Notes under the pieces: generated by a model
The model's input: only the letters and a program-made list of their open reading frames with translations
What the model was told of the DNA's origin: nothing
Databases searched by the model: none
Shown here: piece by piece, positions 1 through 10,073 of the stretch
How the letters are laid out: each line of letters begins with the position of its first letter
Position numbering within the stretch: the first letter of the stretch is position 1
Position numbers and translations under genes: made by a program
From: Proteromonas lacertae
Lineage: Eukaryota
Reading direction: 5' to 3'
NCBI GenBank assembly: GCA_002245135.1
Contig: NGBS01000001.1
Coordinates: forward strand, 372,001-436,000
DNA length: 64,000 bases

Positions 1-3000
1 ATAAATAAAGCAATGGATATATTTCCCAAGAAAGAAGAGAATGATAAAAACTTTAATGATTTTAGTAATAGTATAAATACACTAACAGGTTCATTGGACA
101 GTACAATTACAGTGTTTCAAAATACAATAGATAAATCACAGTTAATCAATATAGATGGTTTTAGTAATGATGATGCAAATCAGCTTGATGAATCAGTTAC
201 TTCAATTTGGTATAGTGATTATGATGGCATTGATAAATTACTTACAACTGCAACAAGTGCTGATTGGAAAACAGTTAAAGATTCAACATCAGTATATAAT
301 CATCATTTTATTTGTCTATATAGTGTGAAAGTACTGAATGTCAATCATCAATTGAAATAGTAATTAATGATTTAGATGAATTTCGAAAAATGGAAATTAA
401 AAATATCACTTTAATAACAGATCAATTAATACCCAATATTAATAATTATATTACATCACTTGATGGATTTACTACAGGTGCAGAATCAATCTTTACAAAA
501 TTGCATAATTCGATTAATAATTTGAAATTATCATCATTTACTGAAAGTGTATAAATAATTAATTATAATTTATTAATAGCTTCACGCAGTGAATACTACA
601 GTAATAGAATTTGATGTTAATCCATTAACTAATACGGTAGATGTAATAAAGAATGCAACTAATACACTTCCGCCATTAGTGCCATTTGCCAATTTACTGA
701 ATAATACTTTAGAAGTTGTAGAAGTGGTTAATCTATTAAATAGACAAGTGGATAATATTATGAATATGTCTAAGAATTTGTTAAATGTTTCAACCTTAAT
801 TGATGCTCTAAATTCTATTGTATTTTTCACTTCTTTTATTATATTGTAAATAGAAAGATGAGACAAACCAAATCACTCAATTAACAGGTTCAATTAAAGA
901 ATCAAGAGATCAAGTATTGAAGATGGATGAATTTATTCAAAAAGCATCAGATCTCTCTGAAATGAACAAAGCAATTGATACAATTAATAATCAAATAAAT
1001 GAATATAAGAATAATGTTAAAATAATGGATATGATTAAGAATATGGATAATCTTACAACATATTTCAATAATTATATGTTTGAAATTCAAACTGTAAGCG
1101 TTTCCTTTAAAGAGAAACTTCAAACTATTAAAACGTATTATGATGCTAATTCAGGAAATATAAATTTGAATTTTATATCTCAGAAATATGATTCAATTAA
1201 GAATGAAACAGGTGATGCATTATATAATAATTTTAAGAGTTTTAAAGATAAAAATTGTGATAGTGATTGTAAAACAAGAATTGATACATATATTGATCAA
1301 AGTAGCCTAAGTAATGTTGATAATTATAAACAATTAGTTACTCTTATAAAAGATATTAAAAGTGATGAAAAAGTCAAAACACTTGTTTATGATTCTACAA
1401 ACCCTTTTCCATATTCAATTTATAGACAATTAGCTGAAAATGTAAAAACTGAATTACCTAATTATAGTGGTGAATTAAATGAACTTATATCTTTTTTTCT
1501 CACTTTAATACATTTATAATTGTTGTTATTTCTTAATTAATCTTTTACAAGAGTATAAAACAATCAATGAATGATAATGTTCCAAATTTAGATGATATTA
1601 AAACTCCATTAAATGAAGCATCAGATACAATAACTGATTTAAAACCAACCATAGATAATGTAGCTAAAGAATTAGATAATTATGATTTATATACTGGATA
1701 TGTATATTATTGTTTATTAATTAATAGATTAATGATTTGTCTCCAATATATCCAGAAGGATTTTTAGACACTGATAAGTATGATAAGAATAAAAGTATTG
1801 ATATAAATGTATTATATATCTCTATAGTGTCTGGAAGAATACAAAATATGATTTGGAATCCAATTGTTCCAAAGATATCATCTTTAAATAGTCTCACTTA
1901 CCTTGTTGAAGATTTTGTTGGTCTTCATAACAAGTTTCAGAGTTATATCACTAAGTTTGGTGATATTAATGCTAAAGATAAAGTATTGGAAAAAACAATA
2001 TCAAATATTGAAGCAGTTATTGTCGATTTATTATGTGAGTATATATATATATATTTATATTTATATGTTATTGTTTTATTTATAGAGTATTTCCTGAATC
2101 AAGATCAACTTATGAAAATTTCGTAAAGAATGATGAAGATTATTTAAAAGACAAAAACAAAATTATAAGTTATGATGTTAAGAATTCTACATTTACTGGT
2201 TTGTATTATTTATGGTATTTCATTAATTTTGGTGATGATGATTCAAAGTTATCAAGAAAAACAGGTGATATGATAGAGAATCCTGATACAGAAAGTGCAT
2301 TAACATGTCTTACCAATGATTGTGTAAAAGAATCTGTTAAAAAGTTTTGGGAGAATAACAATATGAAATATATTATGGGTAAACCAGATACAGTTGATAA
2401 ATATAATGATATTAATGATATTATAGGATATATAAAACTTGCAGGAAGTTTATCTCAACCATTTGTTATTATTATACCAATATTTGTAGTTGTTTTCAAT
2501 ATTATTTATCTGATTTTTAGACTTAAGAAACATAGTTGTGTTTGTGAATGCAGTATATTCATTATTCATATATATTTATATAGTGTATGGATTTATTATA
2601 TACATCTTAACAATGATATTGTTATTATTAGGAGTTATTGGCTCATTAGGTTCAATTCAGATGTTTTTATGTAATTTTACACCAGATACAATTGGATTAA
2701 TGTCTAAATCAGAACCATTTGTTAATAAAATGGTAAAAGAAATCAATTCTAATGATTTTAGTGCAAGTTATGCTGATGGAATATTCTCAATCACAATTAA
2801 AGACACAGAAACAGTTAAAGGAACAACATTATCAATGAATGTTTATGATGTGGTTAAAGACTACCTTGGAAATTGTGAATATGATAATCCACCACCTTTA
2901 CAATCTGTAGTTGAAGATTTATCTGATTATGTTACAAGTTTTGTTAATTCTAAAGCATTTAATGAAAGTATAATTTTTATTATTTATATTATTATTAGTT

Positions 3001-3423
3001 ATTGATAAAGCAAGTGAAAATGGCGTTTCTGGTGATTTACTCACCACATTGGATGATTTTGTAAAGAAAGATGTTACAGTGAGAATGAAAGAAATGTTAG
3101 ATACATTATTAGTAAGTGGTACATTAGGTTGTAAAGAAGTTAACACAGTAATGAAGAGTGTTGGAACTTATGCTTGTTGTGATGTAATGGGTAATTTCTC
3201 TGCTGCTGGTACTATGACGTATATATTGTTGTTTATTATCATCTTATAATATATATATAGGATTTTGTCAGGAATATTGTTGTTTATTTCAGTTTTGTTT
3301 ATGCCATGTGCAAATATCTGTCTAGCTAGAGGACCTACAAGTAAAAAATCAAATAAAAAGGAAAAGTCATCCTTTCTACCTCCAAAACCTAAAAAGACAA
3401 ACAAAAATGCATTTTCACTTTAG
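1..3423 (+). CDS. Prominin-like multi-pass membrane protein, paralog A (5' end outside window, multi-exon)
   Basis: ORF fragments join through short GT-AG introns and one AT-AC intron. Long helical loop, TM pair flanking HSCVCEC, second loop, ACCD motif, final TM, stop TAG at 3421-3423. Collinear with paralog B. Confidence 0.65.
1487..1548 (+). other. U12-type AT-AC intron (62 nt)
   Basis: Donor ATATCTTT, branch-like TTCTTAAT at 1530-1537, acceptor TAC. Removal joins ORF 917-1519 in frame to ORF 1567-1767 (...LNEL|KSIKQSMND...). Confidence 0.85.
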
Positions 3424-3798
3424 ATATCTTCATTTATTATTCTTTAAATATAATTTTAAATATATAAATATGTGTTGTTAATCACAAATAAACACATCTT
3501 TGTTCAGTTAGACAAGTGTAAACAGAAATGATTATGAACAAAGAAGTGATAAATTATTCATTCAACTTTGATTTAGTCATTCAAATCATTTGGTAACCAT
3601 TTCAATCTTTCTACATAAAAGCCATTCAATCTCACTGAATGAGCGGATGAAAAGTGTTTTTCCTTTCACCTGTAACGTTACAAGCATAAAATAATAGTGT
3701 TAGTGATTATGGTTTAGGTATATTAATAAAGAAAAAAAATAGAAAATTTTTGTTACTAATAGCCGTTTCATCTCAACATTTTCTTTTGTCCTTTTTTA

Positions 3799-6700
3799 AT
3801 GAGAAGCTGTTTACTATTATTTTTTATTTTATTGTCATTTGTTTACTCGTATAAATTACCAAACAATGAAGTGTTAGATGAGTCTATCTGTCCATCTCAC
3901 TCAGCTGTATAATTTCTTTATATAAGCTTATAGGGTTCTGAACGAATGGTATTTAATGCTGTAATGAAAGGAGTTGGAAATAACGAAGAGTTTAAGAAGA
4001 CTTGGATTTATGATTATATGTTCAACAATTTCGATATTTGGAACGATATGTCTGTTACAATGAATCGAATTTGGGAAGAAAGAGATTATTTTCCAAACAA
4101 TGTAGTAATAGTATATTTTGTTTTCTGTAATTCCATAGAATATTCTGATTATTATTGCTTTATCTCTGTTATTTATGTTATATTTATGTTTTGTCAATCC
4201 ATTCTGTTGGTGCTTTAGTTGTTGTTGTTTGAAAGATTATTCCAATGAAGAAGAATCAATTCCCCAAACCTCATCAAACCCACCAAGTCCATCCAACAAG
4301 AGTAAGAAAGCAGATAAAAAGCCAAAATCTAAAAATGATTGTTGTTCCTGTTGTTGCTGTTGCTGTGGAATAAAATGTGGTTATTGTTGTGTTACATTTT
4401 CATTCCTATGTTGTATAGTAGCAATGTTCTTTGCTATCTTCGCATTTGCTAATGTATTAATATATATAATAATAATAATAATAATAGCATCCATTAAGTG
4501 GATATCCTGATAGATTAATAGGAAATGTTAATACAGTAGAAGAGAAAGGATTGACAAGGATTACTAATTCAATTAGTGATTTAGGTCAATCTGCTTTAGT
4601 ATTATTAAAGTCACAAATAGTTTCAAAGTTATTATTTAATGTAGTTGGTAATAGTACAGTTGGTGAAATAGTGGATGTTTTGAATAAGAATTTTGATGTT
4701 AGATTATTAGCTAATGGTTTAAATGAAACAGTAACAATGTTAAATAACTTACCATATGGATCTGATATTCAAGGAAATATAAGTGAGATTCAACATGCTA
4801 TTGATATATTCCCCGCTGCAGATTATGTTGATTCACAGATTTCCTTATTTAATGATAATGTTTCAGAATTAACTAATTCAATGAATAGAGCAAAAGATAC
4901 AATGAAATTATGTAATGATAATGCTGAGAAAATCAATACTGAAAATCTAAATAGTACTAAAATGAGTATTTTAGATGAACTTGTATTATATTCGAAGAAT
5001 GTTACTGTTGATAATTTGAAGAAGATTGAGAGTGTACCATATGTGTTTGATATGTTTATAAAAGGTGGAGAGTGTAGTGAATTACCAAAAGATGATAGTT
5101 GTAAAAACAATATGAAAGAAATAATTAAATACCTTCAACAGTGTAAAAATGATGATATTAAAATAATAAATGAAATTTATGAAAAAAGAGAAATATATAT
5201 AAATTCATTTAATGAATGTATAAACAAAGAATTTAAACAAATACAAGATGCTGTAGACAATGTAACATTATCACAATTGACTAAGGATGTATATATATAT
5301 ATAGAATCTATTTATTTTGGTTTATAGATAAATGGTATTACAGAATCTTTAGAGAAATTTCAAACTGATGGACTTAATTCACTCAAAGAAATATTGAATG
5401 GAATTAATAATACAATTAATGCTTTACCAGATTTCAATAATTTGGCTAATAGTATAGATGGTATTTTAAATATAACAGTTGTAATACCTACATTGGAAGT
5501 ATGTTTTGCTAATTTTAACTTTTTTTTTATAGAAAATGTTGAATGATATGAATGGATTAAAGGAATTAGTAAATATTGAAACGATAGATAGTGTAACAGG
5601 AAAATTTGTATTATTATTATTATTATATTAAATAGGATGATATTAAAGATAAATTCAATGGATTGAACAATACTATAGGTGGAGTAATAAATGATATTAG
5701 AGGATTGAATGATAAAATTAAGGGGAAAATAAACATGACTCAATTCTATAATATAATAGATGTTGAAGTAAAAGTATATTGAATATATTAATATTTATGT
5801 TATGATAGGGCTGCTATTTCTGAGTGTAATGAATGAAGTTAATTTCACTCAAATAATTGAGCAATTAAATAATGTTACTCAATATGCAGATAAATTCATC
5901 TTCAAGATAAATGATGTTAGTATTAATCTTAAAGATGAATTAGACAATTTTACTGAATGCTTATGAGAGGTTTACAGTGATGATAATTTGGAGAAATTTA
6001 GTAAGAGATGTGTTGAAGATGATATTTTGGATTATTTTATATCATATTCAAATGGAAGTGAATGTAATGAAACTTGTATTAATGCTATTAAAGACTATTT
6101 TGCTTAATTATAATAATACAAAGAATGTTGGATTATAAGTCATTAATCAATTCAGTTGAATTATTGAATAAATTAACCTTGAATTTTACTGCAGTTGAAG
6201 AAAATAAAATCATTCCATATTCATTCTATAAAGAATTTGTTCCAGAATATGCAAGTGGAATAAAAGAAGTAACACATAGTAATAAACAAAGATCAAATTA
6301 TATCTTTTTACATAATATACTATTTATTTCTAGTAAATTCTTAATTTATATTTTACACTAAGGCAATTAGCTCTATTGAGACTAATACAAAAAAAGTTGT
6401 AAGTGATTTACCACACTCATTTAACCAAATTAGAGATCAATTAGAATCAGTTCCACTAGGTTCAGTTAAAGATAATTTGGATATGTATAAGAAATACAGA
6501 GATAATGTATATATCCTATTATTATTATTATTATTTAGATGAATGACATTAAAGAATTATACAAAGAAGTATCAGGTAATGATTTCCCAAGTAAAGATTA
6601 CTTCAAAGGAGATGGATTAATGGAAAGAGTTGGTAATATGTTTTTAAATCCATTAATAGATAGAGCAAATACATTTGATGATTTAATAACTATTTTGAAT

Positions 6701-8237
6701 GAATTGTGTGATTTGGTGAATGGTTTACCAAAAGAATTAGAGAAATTACCAAATATAAACTGTGATAAATTTGATAAGATGATTAATGGATTAGAAGGTT
6801 GGATTATTGGAATAACAAAATAGTATTATATTTAGATAGTATTTATTATATACATAGTATCTATTCTAATACAACATCATTTACTACTTTCTTAAAAGAA
6901 GATGCTGATTATGTAGAATATAAAAATATATTGATTAATTTTGATAAGAATGAAGAACCTTATAAAGGATTGTATTATTTACTATATCTTATGACAATTG
7001 GAGGTAAAAATGAAATGGAAAGTGCTGATAAATTAATGAAACGTACTGATGGTTTTCTTAAAGAAAAAGGAAGTAATGATATTACATGTATTACTAACAA
7101 ATGTATAAAAGAATCAATAACTGATGTATGGAACAATGGAAACTTAGAAGCAATTGGAAATTTAGATATGTTTGATGGTGTCAATACTGAAAAATACTTC
7201 AAAATTGGTACAATTGCATTAGGAGTAATCCAGTCTATTGTGTATATATATATTTCTTATTATTATTATTATTATTATTAATTAGTATAATATTGCCATT
7301 CTATTTGTTAGTACTTGAGATATTATACCTTGTGTTTAGATGCAAAGGTCACAATTGTTGTTGTGAATGTATGTTCTCTTGTACAATGTGTTGTGGAGTA
7401 GTTGTTTTGTTATTATTCTCCATATTTGGTTCATTTGCTATTCTTCCTATGACTGCTTGTGATTTAGCACCAGATGCAGTGAATATGATGATTAAAGATG
7501 ATAAAGTTAATAATAAAGTGGAAGAAATGATAAAGGAATTAAACTTAGGCGATGATATCCATATTGCATATAATAAAGTGAATAATACGATAGATTTGAA
7601 TGGTAATATGTTTGAAACTAATATTGATGTTTCAGTTAGTGTTGATGATGTAATAAAAGGTTATTTAGGAGGATGTAAAGGAGATACAGCAAAACCATTG
7701 TATGAATAAATATATTATTATATTTTTTTTATAATAGAGAAAAATCAAAAGATCATATTGTTAAGTTTGTGAATGATGTTGTAGATAAAAAGTTCTTGAG
7801 TAATAGTATAATATTATATATTTATATTTGTTATTTATAATGTATATAGTAAGAGACAAAATTAAAGAAACTTCACTGTTAAAAGATCCAATTAAAAAAC
7901 CAATTAATAATCTCCTTGATAATGAAATCAAAGGAGTAATTGATTCAATTGGCACAGGTATTATTGATGAAGGAGGTCCACTTGATTGTAAGACAATTAA
8001 TGGTTTGTTTAGTGATGTAGGAGAATTAGCTTGTTGTGATATAATGAATGATATTGTAGCAATTGGATCTACATCGTATGATATATTTTTAATTATTGTT
8101 TGAATAGAGTGTTGATTGGAATGTTTATGTTTTTATCAGTATTTTGTCTTCCTTTCAGCAACATTTGTTTAGGAAAAGGAAATCTAAGTGAATATAAAGG
8201 TAAAAATAAAAAGACTCATGTTAATCCAAGTAATTAA
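3799..8237 (+). CDS. Prominin-like 5-TM protein, paralog B (frame disruptions at about 5809-6300)
   Basis: Signal peptide MRSCLLLFFILLSFVYS, TM1, Cys-rich loop CCSCCCCCCGIKCGYCC, TM2, large loop, TM3/TM4 around HNCCCEC, loop, ACCD, TM5. This is prominin topology. Shares C.TN.C.KES and YLG.C motifs with paralog A. Confidence 0.65.
6300..6356 (+). other. U12-type AT-AC intron (57 nt), same position as the paralog A intron
   Basis: Donor ATATCTTTTT, branch-like TTCTTAAT at 6338-6345, acceptor TAC. Follows the PYS.Y motif as in paralog A. Confidence 0.75.
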
Positions 8238-8400
8238 AAAACAAATATTCATTATTATCATTTTTTATATAAATATCATAAAATATATCTAAATTTATTG
8301 AAGTTGTTTTTGTTGTAAAATCAATAAAAATAAAAATAAAACATTGAGGAAAAAATATATTATTAGTGTAATTTAAATAAATAATTAATCAAATTTTTCA

Positions 8401-10020
8401 TTATTTATGTCCGATATGAGCTTTTATATTAACTTCAACTTTACATACCTTACCTTCTGCATTACCTTCTATTGTCATTATTGATGTTTTAGGATCAGTT
8501 GTACATTTCACTTCAATAATTGTACCATCTGGTTTGGAAGGAAAACCACTAAAATGATATGATTTAACTAAATTGTTATCATCAGCATAATCACCTTCTC
8601 CTTCATAAATATCCAAATATGCATCAGATGAAAATGGTTGAGAAATGAAATAATCTATTCCTATCTTTGTCAATGGATCATTTTTACATAATATTTTCTT
8701 CATCAAATCTCTTCCACCAAGTGGATTATCACCTCTCAATCCAAACGAAATATTCACTACATCACTTACTAATACTTTTCTACCTGGTGGAATTAACACT
8801 TTTCTTCCATTATTCTGCGTTACTATTACTTTTTTACCTCTACCATCATTAACATCTACTGTTTCATGGTGATGTTTTTCAATAAACAATTGTTGAGCGT
8901 ATAAACCAGCACCAATTGAAACAGCTTCATCAGGATTGATGTCTTTATTTATTTTAGCTCTAGGAAACATATTACTTAACATAGTTTTCACAATTGGAAT
9001 TTTACTACTTCCACCAACTAATACAACATCATTTATATTGTTAATATCCAATCCTGTATCTTCGATTGTTGATCTTACCTTTTCAAGTGTAAGATCAAAT
9101 ATATCTTTACATAATCTTTCAAAACTTGCTCTGGTCAATGATGTATCATCAACACCAGCATCTTCAAACATCTGCAAATCAATAGATATTTCTGTTCTTT
9201 CTGATAATTCAATTTTCCTAGCTTCACATTCTACCATTAGTTTTCTTAATTTCTTTGGATTAGCTTTGAGATCTTCTCCTGTTTCTTTTTCATAAAGATC
9301 TGCGAAATGGTCAGCTAATCTTTGATCTATATCTCTTCCACCTAAATGAGAATCACCACTTGAACCTAACAATTTTATTTCTCCATTTGTTACTTCGATT
9401 ATTGAAACATCAAAAGTACCACCACCAAAATCATAAACTAAAATTATCTTCTTACCAATATCTCCTTCCTTCTGAAACCCATATGCATAAGCAGCTGCTG
9501 TTGGTTCATTCATTACAGCCATAACTTCAACTCCAGCTTTCTCTCCTGCTAATTTTGTTGCTTCTCTTTGTGCTTGATTGAAGTTTGCTGGAACTGTTAT
9601 TACCACAGAATCGATTTTATTATCTTGTTTTTTAGATGCTTCATCTATTAAATACTTCAGTAAAGCGGTTGAAATATCAATTGGCGTATATCTTTTAGTT
9701 TCCGAAGATGCCTTGATTTCTATTACCGGATTACCACTACCATCATCCACTACTTTAAATAACCAGTGTTTCAGATCTTCTTGAATGGCTTTATCAGTGA
9801 TTTTTCTTCCAATTAATCTCTTAGCATCATATATAACATTCCCTGTTGATTTAACAAGTTCACTCTTTGCAGCATAACCACAAATAACCTCACTGCCTTT
9901 ATAACACACATAAGAAGGAATTATAGTACCTAATGTGAAATCAACCATCTTCATAGTATCAGGACCGACAATAGAAATTCCTGAAGTAACTGTACCAAGA
10001 TCTATACCTGCAAAACTCAT
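8401..10020 (-). CDS. Atypical Hsp70-family protein, intronless, lacking C-terminal lid and EEVD
   Basis: GIDLGT, DAKRLIGR, VITVPA, NEPTAAA, YDFGGGTFDVS, VLVGGSSKIP and NPDEAV motifs. Ends after a divergent SBD-beta. First ATG at 10020. Confidence 0.9.
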   Translation of the reverse strand: MSFAGIDLGTVTSGISIVGPDTMKMVDFTLGTIIPSYVCYKGSEVICGYAAKSELVKSTGNVIYDAKRLIGRKITDKAIQEDLKHWLFKVVDDGSGNPVIEIKASSETKRYTPIDISTALLKYLIDEASKKQDNKIDSVVITVPANFNQAQREATKLAGEKAGVEVMAVMNEPTAAAYAYGFQKEGDIGKKIILVYDFGGGTFDVSIIEVTNGEIKLLGSSGDSHLGGRDIDQRLADHFADLYEKETGEDLKANPKKLRKLMVECEARKIELSERTEISIDLQMFEDAGVDDTSLTRASFERLCKDIFDLTLEKVRSTIEDTGLDINNINDVVLVGGSSKIPIVKTMLSNMFPRAKINKDINPDEAVSIGAGLYAQQLFIEKHHHETVDVNDGRGKKVIVTQNNGRKVLIPPGRKVLVSDVVNISFGLRGDNPLGGRDLMKKILCKNDPLTKIGIDYFISQPFSSDAYLDIYEGEGDYADDNNLVKSYHFSGFPSKPDGTIIEVKCTTDPKTSIMTIEGNAEGKVCKVEVNIKAHIGHK

Positions 10021-10073
10021 TTTACACAATAAAAGTCAGTTTCTCAAGCCTAAAATCAAGCTGCATTTTAGAA

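Noticed and set aside
5964..5966. In-frame TGA as selenocysteine or an alternative genetic code
   Set aside because: It sits among several frameshifts best explained by insertions. Conserved genes use TGG for Trp, and TAA, TAG and TGA as stops.
8667..9784. Short antisense ORFs over Hsp70, and similar ones over other genes
   Set aside because: Shadow ORFs of real coding sequence with no recognisable motifs.
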